Origin: Candidatus Latescibacterota bacterium | Lineage (GTDB): Bacteria; Latescibacterota; UBA2968 | Reading direction: 5' to 3' | Assembly: GCA_965205975.1 (NCBI GenBank) | Contig: OZ242195.1 | Span: 4,544,001 to 4,608,000, forward strand | DNA length: 64,000 nucleotides | In this document: positions 21,327-30,639 of the stretch, one piece after another | Numbering within the stretch: position 1 is the stretch's first letter | How the letters are laid out: the number at the start of each line of letters is the position of its first letter | Notes under the pieces: model-generated | What the model was told of the DNA's origin: nothing | Database searches by the model: none | Seen by the model: the letters and a program-made list of their open reading frames with translations, nothing else | Made by a program: the position numbers and the translations under genes

Positions 21327-23082
21327 CCGAACCTCTCCTGCCTGAAAAAGTTGCACTACCGTCTTTGCCCACGACCAGAAGCGCCGTTTGACTGCCGGTC
21401 AATACATAGTTAGTCCGTACGTGTTTTTGGCTATATACCGACTGCTGTGATTTTTGCACGACATCTGATCCACGCGCCAGCGATAGTGCTGACAGAACCG
21501 ACGTGGGCAATCCAGAAATTTCGCGTCCGCCCATTGTCACGCCGGGACGGGAAGCTACAAATCGCGCAACGAGTACATCATTGCGTCCCGATTTCTGGAT
21601 CAGACCAATCAGTTCTTCCAGTGTTTTGGGTTGATAAGCGGTGCGCTTTATATCTTGTAATCGCTGTTGTTGCTCATTCACAACCTGCAATATCAAACGC
21701 CCTGGTGTTATAAACTCGGGGATTGGCAGGGCGACATCTACGATTTCTCGCTTGCCCAGCAATGGAGATAGGGCAACAGAGACATGTACTGTATCGCCCG
21801 GTTCGTATTTCAAACGGTCCAATCGCAGCCCCTCAACACGGGCACTTTGGGTGCGTTCCTCAACGGATAATTGAAATACAGCCGAGTCGATATTGGCTTC
21901 GACAAAAGGATTCTGAATCACTTGTGCAAGGGGTTGTGTCAAGCCCAGCACCGCCAGTCCAAGCCCCTGAGCACCTGCGTATTTATTTTTTAGAATCACG
22001 GGTTCACGTTTGGGCATGTGCAATGTCAATTGCCCTGCGACAGTGGTTTCACCCGTCAATTTTTCAGCGGAGATAACGGAGGTTGCTACAGCCATCCGCA
22101 CCAGCAACGGGCCCAATTCTCTGTGGCGAAATACCTCCATATTAAACGAAGCGTCGTGATTGGGAGATACGACAGAGATACGTACAGGCATCATTTCTGC
22201 TTCAGATCCTATCAAGCCAGCAATACCCGGTGCGCGGTCTTGCAAGATCACACCGATATGTTGCGATGCAGTGCCCACCTTAAACGAAAGCATCTGGCTG
22301 GAGATTACTTCGTGAATAAATGCTGCGGTCATAGACATCGCCGTGCGACCACCAAATAACAGGGGATGACCAAACCCCACGACTTTATTACCCACGCGAT
22401 GTGTCAGCGTGCCAATACCCGTGACACTGAGATCGCCCCGAACCAATTGCACGCCCAGAGGTGCGCCCGGTTCAAATGGACCGATAGATAGAGATGGGTC
22501 TGTTCCGCCGCCGCCCTGCATGGGCAACAGGCCGTATTTTGACAGTTCTTCGCGAAATTCCGCGACTACTTGCGGGGCAAATCCCGAAAGCATCAAAGGT
22601 ACAGCCACGGGTTTTAGTACACCGCCGTGTACACCAGCTATTTGTCCATCCCAGGGCGCGGATCCAAATGTCGCGCTCGATGTGGTATCCCGCGATGCGC
22701 GTTGGAGTACCGTCATCATCTCGCCAATTGGCGTGATCCCCGCGATTGGCTCTTCTGCGAATGCACCAATACTATAGCCGACTGCGCCGACGAGTTTGCC
22801 TTCGATATATACCGGGCTGCCACTCATGCCGGCGATGACGCCGGTTTGCGCCATGGGACCGCCGGACAGACGAGCGAGAATCATATCGCTTTTTGGACCA
22901 AAAACATTGCGCAAGACACCTAATACTTCAACGCCAAATGTATCGATGCGGGTGCCTTGAAATACCGTGCGCCCCACGCCTTTCATGCCGCGCTGGATAT
23001 CATCTACAGGCATGTACAATTCAGCACTGGTCGATCCATATAGCATGCAGATCGTAAAAAATGTCAAAAATCGAGAAAGCAT
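21310..23082 (-). CDS. SpoIVB peptidase S55 domain protein
   Basis: Signal peptide, GMKGVGRTVFQG, GVIAGMSGSPVYIEGKLVGAV, GFGHPL. Confidence 0.9.
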   Translation of the reverse strand: MLSRFLTFFTICMLYGSTSAELYMPVDDIQRGMKGVGRTVFQGTRIDTFGVEVLGVLRNVFGPKSDMILARLSGGPMAQTGVIAGMSGSPVYIEGKLVGAVGYSIGAFAEEPIAGITPIGEMMTVLQRASRDTTSSATFGSAPWDGQIAGVHGGVLKPVAVPLMLSGFAPQVVAEFREELSKYGLLPMQGGGGTDPSLSIGPFEPGAPLGVQLVRGDLSVTGIGTLTHRVGNKVVGFGHPLLFGGRTAMSMTAAFIHEVISSQMLSFKVGTASQHIGVILQDRAPGIAGLIGSEAEMMPVRISVVSPNHDASFNMEVFRHRELGPLLVRMAVATSVISAEKLTGETTVAGQLTLHMPKREPVILKNKYAGAQGLGLAVLGLTQPLAQVIQNPFVEANIDSAVFQLSVEERTQSARVEGLRLDRLKYEPGDTVHVSVALSPLLGKREIVDVALPIPEFITPGRLILQVVNEQQQRLQDIKRTAYQPKTLEELIGLIQKSGRNDVLVARFVASRPGVTMGGREISGLPTSVLSALSLARGSDVVQKSQQSVYSQKHVRTNYVLTGSQTALLVVGKDGSATFSGRRGSGEEKR

Positions 23083-23202
23083 GTGTTCACTTCCGCGTAG
23101 AAGGGAGTGAGAGAAAATTTTTGCATTCTGATATTATACCGTTTTTTGGGGCAGTGAACAAGTTTCTTGTAAAACATATCTAATCTGTGTATAATGGCAA
23201 AT

Positions 23203-23673
23203 ATGCAGATCACTTTGCTCACTGTGGGTAAGTTCAAAGACGCCTGTTATCGAGACGCCGCACAAAATTATATCAAGCGGCTGCAACACTACGTCGCTTA
23301 TGATGAGATTGAAGTGCGCGAAGAGCGCGCGGGCAAAAATGTCCGTGTGTCTGATATTATTGAGAAAGAAGGCCATCGCCTTTTAAGTGCGCTGCATCCA
23401 GATGCCACTGTGGTTGCTCTTGGGCCTTCTGGCAAATTGTGTCGTTCTGAAGCCCTGGCCAAACGCTTGAACCTTATGCGTGTACAAAGAAAAAACCGCC
23501 TCGTTTTTCTCATTGGCGGCCCTTTTGGGCTTGCATCTCGGGTTTTGTCGCGTGCAGATTGGCATCTGTCACTTTCACCTATGACTTTCCCACACGAATT
23601 GGCGCGCGTGATTTTGCTGGAGCAACTCTATCGCGCTTTCACGATTATCAGAGGTGAAAATTACCACAAGTGA
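23203..23673 (+). CDS. rlmH: 23S rRNA (pseudouridine1915-N3)-methyltransferase
   Basis: TLLTVGK, FLIGGPFGL, LSLSPMTFPHELARVILLEQLYRA..I..GENYHK. Confidence 0.97.
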   Translation: MQITLLTVGKFKDACYRDAAQNYIKRLQHYVAYDEIEVREERAGKNVRVSDIIEKEGHRLLSALHPDATVVALGPSGKLCRSEALAKRLNLMRVQRKNRLVFLIGGPFGLASRVLSRADWHLSLSPMTFPHELARVILLEQLYRAFTIIRGENYHK

Positions 23674-23679
23674 AAAAGC

Positions 23680-23772
23680 GCGAATAGACGAATAGACGAA
23701 CCCCGCCCGACCTCCCAGAGTTATTACAAACTCCGTCGTTGATTCGTAGATTCGCTGATTCGTAGATTCGCT
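23680..23772. repeat. Two inverted arrays of 8-nt-period CGAAT repeats flanking a ~40-nt core
   Basis: GCGAATAG-ACGAATAG-ACGAA (23680-23700) and TGATTCGT-AGATTCGC-TGATTCGT-AGATTCGC (23740-23771). Confidence 0.7.
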
Positions 23773-24047
23773 AAACAGCCCGGGGGCAAACGACTCACAC
23801 AGCCTGGGAGAGATGATTCTGCGGGAATCCGGCTACGTTGAGTCAACTCGCCCCCGGGTTTTTTAACATGTCAAAACCAAACAAGAGATAAGTCAGTAAT
23901 GGCGAGTTCGCTAATTCAAATGTATAGTAGAGAGAATAGGAACGGGGGAGTTCGACAATTCAGCACTTAGATGACCGAGAAATCCGATGGGGAATCGGTG
24001 TCACCTCTTCGACTCGAGGGGGATTGACGAGTCTTTACCACAAGAAC
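23772..24047 (-). ncRNA. Candidate ~270-nt structured small RNA with UCCCC loops (unknown family)
   Basis: Lies downstream of a consensus-like promoter with no credible ORF. Three hairpins have C-rich loops, and a long 3' hairpin pairs better on the minus strand through G-U wobbles. Confidence 0.5.
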
Positions 24048-24053
24048 GCGCTT

Positions 24054-24082
24054 AAGATAAGCCATTGTTTTTATTAAGTCAA
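24054..24082 (-). promoter_or_regulatory. Sigma70-type promoter pointing into the non-coding region
   Basis: TTGACT-17-TATCTT with an upstream A8 tract (UP-element-like). Confidence 0.65.
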
Positions 24083-24132
24083 GATTACTTTTTTTTATGT
24101 TTGATATGCGCCAGATATTGTGTATCACATCA

Positions 24133-25434
24133 TTATTTACCACAGCCCAATGTGGTTCTATTTCGAAATAATCGCGTGTACGCGGTCGGTTCTTCAAAAA
24201 TCCCTCCGCTTTGATCGTAGTAGTTTTCCTCCAGTACAAATGCACCTCCTCGGGGTCGCAACCACGATGCATTGGGTATGGGATATTCTGAGAGCATGCG
24301 ATTCCAGGTTCCGTAATTTTCCGGACCATTGGATTCCATTAATCCCCCTTTTACTCCCGGAAATGCGGGCAATCGCGTAGCTACGTTTTTGTTCCATTCC
24401 ACCAACACGGGCACACACGCATTATCCGCTACAAAACACGGCACATTAGACAGTGTTGCCGCTTCGATCATGCGAAAAGCCAATGACAGGGTTTTACCCG
24501 CGGGTTTGATCGCCATAGCACCGTATCCCTGCTCCAATCGGGTGTGTACATCAGCAACGGTTTCGATGCTTTCATCCCCTGCAAAACGCGCAGGTAAGCC
24601 GTGTACATCGATATCTGCCGGATGCAAAAAAGGTTCTTCAATCAGGACAATGCGACCCAGAATACCTTCATTGTCCGCATGATCTAATAAGCGCGCCATG
24701 CTGTCTTTTCTGCCATACCGACCATTGGCATCGAGATAATAGAGCACATGGCCCGAATCGGTCATTTCCGTTTCGTATTGAGATGCCAGACTGTGGACCC
24801 GAGATAGGCAGGCCATGTCTTTTTTTACCATTTCAGTTTCATCTCCCGGATGCCCAATTTTGATTTTTAGTATGTACGCCCCGCTATCTAAAATTGCCCG
24901 CAATTCATCTATGGGCAGGGTATAACTCACTGCGGGGACAAGCGCGACATGCGATTGGCGATGAGATAAAAATGAGCGAAATTTTTCCGGAATTAAGGCG
25001 TCGAAGGTCGCCAATTCCTTCTGCTTTGCATACAAGGTCCAGGCGGCGTTGTCCAGTGCTACCAGTGCAATTAGCGCAAATGTTCGGCGCAAATCCCCAT
25101 GGTCTGTAATGGCTTTGGCATAAGAAAAGACATCGTTTTCAACGGTGTCAAATAATGCCATCGGGTCGGCAAATTCTTTTCCCTTGATCTGTTGTAGTGC
25201 AAATTCCAGAAGAGATGCCTGAAGCAAATTGCCGCCCATTTCTGTATGTGCAGCAAATACGGCAGCGTCTGACCACAGTACGGCCAAACCACCTATACCA
25301 AAAGCTTCATGTCCGTCGGCATCTTTTAAACGCACGATGAGATTCCACTTTTCGTGAAAAGCCGATCCCTTAAACGCAAATGGCCGCGCAAATGGTTCGC
25401 GCTGAATTTCTAAATCTGTCTCGACAATGTGCAT
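24133..25434 (-). CDS. Enolase-superfamily enzyme (L-Ala-D/L-Glu epimerase / mandelate racemase-like)
   Basis: ILKIKIG (KxK motif), YLDANG, IEEPF, AGDES, AIKP. Start MHIVETDL after AAAGGA. Confidence 0.8.
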   Translation of the reverse strand: MHIVETDLEIQREPFARPFAFKGSAFHEKWNLIVRLKDADGHEAFGIGGLAVLWSDAAVFAAHTEMGGNLLQASLLEFALQQIKGKEFADPMALFDTVENDVFSYAKAITDHGDLRRTFALIALVALDNAAWTLYAKQKELATFDALIPEKFRSFLSHRQSHVALVPAVSYTLPIDELRAILDSGAYILKIKIGHPGDETEMVKKDMACLSRVHSLASQYETEMTDSGHVLYYLDANGRYGRKDSMARLLDHADNEGILGRIVLIEEPFLHPADIDVHGLPARFAGDESIETVADVHTRLEQGYGAMAIKPAGKTLSLAFRMIEAATLSNVPCFVADNACVPVLVEWNKNVATRLPAFPGVKGGLMESNGPENYGTWNRMLSEYPIPNASWLRPRGGAFVLEENYYDQSGGIFEEPTAYTRLFRNRTTLGCGK

Positions 25435-25453
25435 TTGTTTGTATCCTTTGATA

Positions 25454-25481
25454 GGGGGACGGCATAGGGGCCGTCCCCTAC
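25454..25481 (-). repeat. GTAG-type REP-like palindrome
   Basis: Minus strand GTAGGGGACGGCCCCTATGCCGTCCCCC, between divergent genes. Confidence 0.65.
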
Positions 25482-25502
25482 ATGGCATTTTGGATAATAT
25501 AC

Positions 25503-26138
25503 ATGCCCAACGCGATTTGCAAGCCCTACATCGTTGGTGTTGCCGGGGGCACTGGTGCGGGTAAGACCACACTTGCCCACATACTTTTAGAGCACCTCGG
25601 TGAAGATCGTGCTATACAGATTTCCCTCGATGCGTATTATCGCGATTTTGCCCATGTCCCGGCGGACCAGCGCGCGCAAATTAATTTTGATCATCCCGAT
25701 GCACTCGAAACAGATTTGCTGGTGCAACATCTTCAGGTGCTATCCCGCGGAAGGACTGTATTGATACCAACTTATGATTTTACTACCCATTCCCGTTCTT
25801 ATAGAACTCTTGAGTTGTGCCCTCGCCCCATTATTATTGTGGAAGGTATTCTCGTATTGGTCGAACAAATACTGCGCGATGCTCTGAATTTGAAAATTTT
25901 TGTGGATACACCGCCAGATATTCGCTTGATTCGTCGCATCAACCGCGATGTTGAGGAACGCGGGCGCACTCCCGAATCCGTTACCCTTCAATATCTCGAA
26001 ACTGTGCGTCCCATGCACGATGCGTATGTCGAATCATCCCGAAAATACGCGGACCTCATTGTTTGTGGAGATCGCGATTTTACCATTGCCGCGGATTTGA
26101 TTTTGGGACATCTATATACCATTCTTGATAAAAAATAA
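25503..26138 (+). CDS. udk: Uridine kinase
   Basis: GVAGGTGAGKTT, DAYY, NFDHPDA, IIVEGIL, RRINRDVEERGR. Confidence 0.97.
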   Translation: MPNAICKPYIVGVAGGTGAGKTTLAHILLEHLGEDRAIQISLDAYYRDFAHVPADQRAQINFDHPDALETDLLVQHLQVLSRGRTVLIPTYDFTTHSRSYRTLELCPRPIIIVEGILVLVEQILRDALNLKIFVDTPPDIRLIRRINRDVEERGRTPESVTLQYLETVRPMHDAYVESSRKYADLIVCGDRDFTIAADLILGHLYTILDKK

Positions 26139-26163
26139 AGGGGAGATCTTTTGAGATCTCCCC
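26130..26163 (-). terminator. Intrinsic terminator of the porin gene (possibly bidirectional with udk)
   Basis: GGGGAGATCT-TTTG-AGATCTCCCC (26140-26163) followed by TTTATTTTTT on the minus strand. Confidence 0.75.
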
Positions 26164-26236
26164 CACCTCGCCTGGTCGCATCTGATTAACCACGCCACGA
26201 AGCAAACCAGAAATGCTGACCCGGATCGAGAATAAT

Positions 26237-26980
26237 TTACTGCCCAAAGCCGATGCTTACGCCTCCCCAAATAGTGCGGTTGTCGGGATTGATTTTTGTA
26301 TCGGCATAAGAAAATCCAAGGGTGGGCGCGATCGAAATTGCGCAAGCATTACAACTGAGAGAAGCTGTAACCGTGACATCGTTAAAACCCGTTTTATTCT
26401 CACCCGTTTCATCTGCGTAATTGCTCATGGCAACACTCGCGCCGATACTCAGTACTTGCCCCTCTTCTGAGCCGAGCGGAATGTCATAGCCACCCGACAA
26501 AGACACGTACCATGCCTCAACCAGACCAAAGTCGTAATAAAATGTCACTGCCGGTGATATGGCGTTATCCAGAGAAAGCCCAATATAAGCTTCTTGTGAG
26601 AGATTTGAGTCTTCATCTGCACTGGGAAATACATATTGAATATAACCGATGGAAATACCCAGGCCCATGTCTTCGCTCAAGGATCTCGAATAGTCGGCAT
26701 AAAAGTCAAGTTCATCGACATTTTGGGTTTGTGTATCGGGATTTCTGTCATCAATGCGGTCCTGCACAAACCACGATCCCCACGCGCCTATAGACAAACC
26801 CGTTTCACCGAATCCCACCTCAATACCCGGCTGGGCCACAATTTTGTCATCGGCTCCGAGCACATAACCACGCCAAATATATCCCGTATAACTATCCAGA
26901 GTAATACCGACCGACATCTGAGCGTTTGCGGGTGCGATTAGAAAAATTCCCACAAGTAAAATGCCACATAATTTTTTCAT
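26237..26980 (-). CDS. Outer-membrane beta-barrel, TorF/TIGR02001-like putative porin
   Basis: Signal peptide, YIWRG, LSIGAWGS, ELDFYADY and C-terminal GGVSIGF. Confidence 0.75.
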   Translation of the reverse strand: MKKLCGILLVGIFLIAPANAQMSVGITLDSYTGYIWRGYVLGADDKIVAQPGIEVGFGETGLSIGAWGSWFVQDRIDDRNPDTQTQNVDELDFYADYSRSLSEDMGLGISIGYIQYVFPSADEDSNLSQEAYIGLSLDNAISPAVTFYYDFGLVEAWYVSLSGGYDIPLGSEEGQVLSIGASVAMSNYADETGENKTGFNDVTVTASLSCNACAISIAPTLGFSYADTKINPDNRTIWGGVSIGFGQ

Positions 26981-27210
26981 AATTCCCTCCTGATGGGTTT
27001 ATACACAGTGATGCTATGACCTGTATGCAAAATTTTGTGGCGTACACACAGACCATATTTTGAATTTTGACACGTTTAGTTTTCCATTTTCTCCTTTCTA
27101 TAATATATGAGAGTGATGTTTCATTGGGATTTCTTAAACATAAAAAAAAATGAAATAAAAACCGAAAATACGTCCAATGTTTCAAATGTGTAAACGGCAC
27201 ACTTGTTTTG

Positions 27211-28896
27211 CTAAAAATAATAAATCAGATAAATTGCGAGAAAAATAATTGCGAGAAGCACATTGCTTTGCGATAACCACGATCGACCAAATAATCCCCT
27301 GTTATTGTGTTGCGTCCGAATACCGGCAATGAGTTTTCGAATCAACGCCTTTCCTCCATTGAAAAAGGCATCGACAAGTGGGCCGCCCATTCGGACAATG
27401 GCGCGAATACCTTTGGGTAAAGCACGTCGATAAATCCAATCGGCATCGAGGTTGACACTGGGCTGTTCGGACGGGTAATTGCCCGTTAGCATAAGGGCCG
27501 CAAATGCCAGCACGCCGAAGAATACCAGTTGCAGTTGGAGCACGACATGGGTTGTCGTGTAAGATATATAATCTACAGGATATGGCAACAGATTGTAAAG
27601 AAGTGGCGGATAGGATCCGATGGCGACACAGAGTATGGCTGAGATTGTCATGGCGATCCGCATATTGAGCGGTGCTTCGGGGCAGCGAATTTTTGAATCG
27701 TGCGCGAAAAATGTGAAAAATGGAATTTTGACACCTGCGTGGTGAAGCACGCCCGCCGATGCAGCTAACAGCACCAGCCAGATTCCCACAGCGCCCATGT
27801 TGGCGACGCCTTGCATAACCATGGGCTTGCTGATAAATGCATTGAATAGCGGAAGCGCGGAAATAGATGCGGCACCTATCAGACAGCACGCACAGGTCCA
27901 GGGCATGGATTTGTAAAGGCCGCCCAGATCTGTGGCATTCATTCGCCCGGTGCGATACAAGACAGCACCCATGGACATGAATAGCAGCCCTTTGAAGATC
28001 ACGTCATTGAAGGCATGCGATACTGCGCCGTTAATACCCAGGGCACCCCCCACACCAATGCCCACGACCATAAATCCGATCTGGTTGATCATGCTGTAGC
28101 TCAATACGCGGCGCAGATCATTTTCGATAACTGCAAAGAAAACCGGAAATATGGTCATGATTGCGCCGATGTAGATGAGTAGTTCTTCTCCAGCAAATCC
28201 GCGTGCGAGGGCATATACAGCGGTTTTGGTGGTAAATGCGCTCAGAAATACCGTGCCCACAGGTGTGGATTCTGGATAGGCGTCGATCAGCCAGTTGTGG
28301 AGCAGGGGAAAGGCGCATTTGATTCCAAAGGATAGGAATATCAAATAGTGATGTCCCTCATTTAGGCCGATGTGTTCGAATGCAAGGGATTTTGTGTTCA
28401 AAAAGTAGAATACCGCGCCCAGTAGCAGCAGCAAGCCCGACGAGATGTGCATGACCAGATAGCGCATGCCAGAGCGCAGTGCGCGCTCACCGCCGCGCGC
28501 CCATATCAGGAATACCGATGTGATCGCCAGCAATTCCCAGAAGATGAACAGGGTGATCAGATCGCCGGCAAATACTGCGCCAACCGCCGATCCCGCGTAG
28601 ATCAATCCCGTGCCGATTTGCAGTCGATCCTTGAGATGCAGGGCGTAGATTGCGCCGAGAAAAGCCGCGAGATGGAATAGATATCCAAATAGCATGCCAA
28701 ATCGGTCTGCGCGCAGTACGGTCAGTTCGTATCCGCCCCATGTGATGTGCCACAGGGTTCCATCGGCAATGGTCAGCAGGTTTAAAAATCCGAGCACGGG
28801 CAAGCACACCGACACAATGCGGCGCGGTGTGCTTGGCAGACAAAATAAAAATAGGCCGCCCGCCAGCAGGATCAATGCGGGATGAAGCTCACTCAT
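27211..28896 (-). CDS. mrpD: Mrp Na+/H+ antiporter subunit D-like (third copy)
   Basis: LFIFWELL, KCAFPLLHNWLIDAYP, DLRRVLSYSMINQIG (NuoL/M/N family). Confidence 0.85.
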   Translation of the reverse strand: MSELHPALILLAGGLFLFCLPSTPRRIVSVCLPVLGFLNLLTIADGTLWHITWGGYELTVLRADRFGMLFGYLFHLAAFLGAIYALHLKDRLQIGTGLIYAGSAVGAVFAGDLITLFIFWELLAITSVFLIWARGGERALRSGMRYLVMHISSGLLLLLGAVFYFLNTKSLAFEHIGLNEGHHYLIFLSFGIKCAFPLLHNWLIDAYPESTPVGTVFLSAFTTKTAVYALARGFAGEELLIYIGAIMTIFPVFFAVIENDLRRVLSYSMINQIGFMVVGIGVGGALGINGAVSHAFNDVIFKGLLFMSMGAVLYRTGRMNATDLGGLYKSMPWTCACCLIGAASISALPLFNAFISKPMVMQGVANMGAVGIWLVLLAASAGVLHHAGVKIPFFTFFAHDSKIRCPEAPLNMRIAMTISAILCVAIGSYPPLLYNLLPYPVDYISYTTTHVVLQLQLVFFGVLAFAALMLTGNYPSEQPSVNLDADWIYRRALPKGIRAIVRMGGPLVDAFFNGGKALIRKLIAGIRTQHNNRGLFGRSWLSQSNVLLAIIFLAIYLIYYF

Positions 28897-29173
28897 CGTA
28901 ATAGTCCTCTGATCGCATGATCATTTTTCGCAAGGGTATAGCCCCCAGAACGATCAATGTGCAAGCCACAAATCCATAAATGGCATAAAATCCAAACCAG
29001 CCTTCAACTGGCAACGCGCCTTCGGCAAACGTCAGGTGCCGATGTACGATCAGGTCGGTCAGGATCAACAACGCACAACAGACAAAAAAGCTCAGAATCA
29101 AGCGACGCACATTACCGGGATTGTCAAAAATATGTGGGCGTTTATTCTCTTCAGGAGATTCGGAATTGTTCAT
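28889..29173 (-). CDS. Small 2-TM protein in mrp operon
   Basis: 94 aa overlapping both neighbours. GFYAIYGFVAC...MRSEDYYD. Confidence 0.8.
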   Translation of the reverse strand: MNNSESPEENKRPHIFDNPGNVRRLILSFFVCCALLILTDLIVHRHLTFAEGALPVEGWFGFYAIYGFVACTLIVLGAIPLRKMIMRSEDYYDE

Positions 29174-30639
29174 GGTCTGGCCCCTCCGATCATAAGCAAC
29201 AGATTTAGAACAGGGTCGGGATAGATATAGAGCAGCAGGCAGCCCGTGGCCGTAAATAATAAGGGGAGCACACAGGCAAGCGGTGCTTCGTGCAGGCCGT
29301 CTGCGTGATGGTCATTTGTTGCGGGTGCAAAGAATGCATAAATGGGAATGGGCAATAAATAGAGTACATTGAGTAGCGAACTGATGAGCAATACGCCTGC
29401 AGCCACATATTGATGGGCTTCAATTGTAGCCATAATTAGATACCACTTGCTCCACGCGCCCGCAAAAGGCGGAATTCCGATAATGCTCAGAGAGCCGATC
29501 AAAAAGGCGAACATGGTAAATGGCATCTGCCGTCCAATGCCTTTCATGTCGCTGATTTCTGTTTTGTGCAGGGCCACCAGGATGGCTCCGGCACAGAAGA
29601 ACAGGGTGATCTTGCCAAAGGCATGGGTTGCGATGTGCATGCTACCGCCCAGCACACCCAAATCATTTGCAAGCGACGCCCCCAGTATGATATAGGATAA
29701 CTGGCTGATTGTGGAATACGCCAGTCGCGCTTTCAAATTGTCTTTTGTCATCGCTACCAACGATCCCACCAGAATGGTGAAGCCAGCGATGTAGGTCAGC
29801 CATTCGCTAAGACCCGCATCGGAAAGCAATTCTGTGCCAAAGAGGTAGATCACCACTTTCATGACGGTAAATACGCCGGCTTTTACCACGGCTACGGCAT
29901 GTAGCAATGCGCTGACGGGCGTGGGCGCGACCATAGCTGCGGGCAACCATCGGTGGAAGGGCATTAACGCGGCTTTCCCGGTTCCAAAAGCATAGAGACC
30001 CAGCAGGACGATTACAATTCCTTCGCTCGCTTTGCCGGTTAAAATACCGCCCGGCGCAAATTCCAGTGTGCCGGTCAATTGCCATGTCCACACCATGCCC
30101 AGCAATAGAAAACCCACCGATGTGCTCATCAAGATGCCCATGTAAATTCGCCCGGCGCGCATGGCTTCTTCGCTTCGGTGGTGCGTTACAAGCGGATAGG
30201 TCGATAGGGTCAATAGCTCGTAAAATATGAAGAGGGTGAACATGTTGCGGGCAAAAGCCACGCCCAGCGCAGCCGAGATGGCAAATGCGAAGAAGACAAA
30301 AAACCGCGTCTGATTTTCTTCGTGATGCCCGCGCATGTACCCGATGGCATAGACTGTGGTGACAATCCACAAGCCCGACGCGATCAGGGCAAATATCATG
30401 CCCAATGGCTCTACTTTAAATGCCAGTGATAGGCCCGGCATTACGTCTATGACATGCGCGGCGGGTTGTGCGCCATCCATTACCGATGGCAGGAGTGAAA
30501 TGACTGTGCCAAAGGTCAATACCGCCGCAATCAACGTGATTGTTTCACGCATATTGGGGCTGCGCGAGGTCAGTGCAATAAAGGGCATGCCCAGAAGCGG
30601 TAACGCGATGGATAGGAGTATGGCGGTTGATCCACTCAC
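29170..30639 (-). CDS. mrpD: Mrp antiporter subunit D-family (second copy)
   Basis: LFIFYELLT, KAALMPFHRWLPAAMVAPTPVSALLH, LKARLAYSTISQL. GTG start overlaps the upstream TGA. Confidence 0.88.
   Translation of the reverse strand: MSGSTAILLSIALPLLGMPFIALTSRSPNMRETITLIAAVLTFGTVISLLPSVMDGAQPAAHVIDVMPGLSLAFKVEPLGMIFALIASGLWIVTTVYAIGYMRGHHEENQTRFFVFFAFAISAALGVAFARNMFTLFIFYELLTLSTYPLVTHHRSEEAMRAGRIYMGILMSTSVGFLLLGMVWTWQLTGTLEFAPGGILTGKASEGIVIVLLGLYAFGTGKAALMPFHRWLPAAMVAPTPVSALLHAVAVVKAGVFTVMKVVIYLFGTELLSDAGLSEWLTYIAGFTILVGSLVAMTKDNLKARLAYSTISQLSYIILGASLANDLGVLGGSMHIATHAFGKITLFFCAGAILVALHKTEISDMKGIGRQMPFTMFAFLIGSLSIIGIPPFAGAWSKWYLIMATIEAHQYVAAGVLLISSLLNVLYLLPIPIYAFFAPATNDHHADGLHEAPLACVLPLLFTATGCLLLYIYPDPVLNLLLMIGGARP

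Noticed and set aside
23680..23772. Possible CRISPR array
   Set aside because: Units are 8 nt and contiguous, with no spacers and no cas genes.
23778..23864. SRP RNA (ffs), tRNA or 6S identity for the long hairpin
   Set aside because: No SRP helix-8 motif (CAGG..GNRA..AGCAG) and no cloverleaf or TTCRA/CCA. It is too short for 6S on its own. Kept only as part of an unassigned RNA.
23967..24329. 120-aa minus-strand ORF
   Set aside because: It overlaps the enolase-family gene out of frame and runs over a promoter and hairpins. No recognisable motifs.
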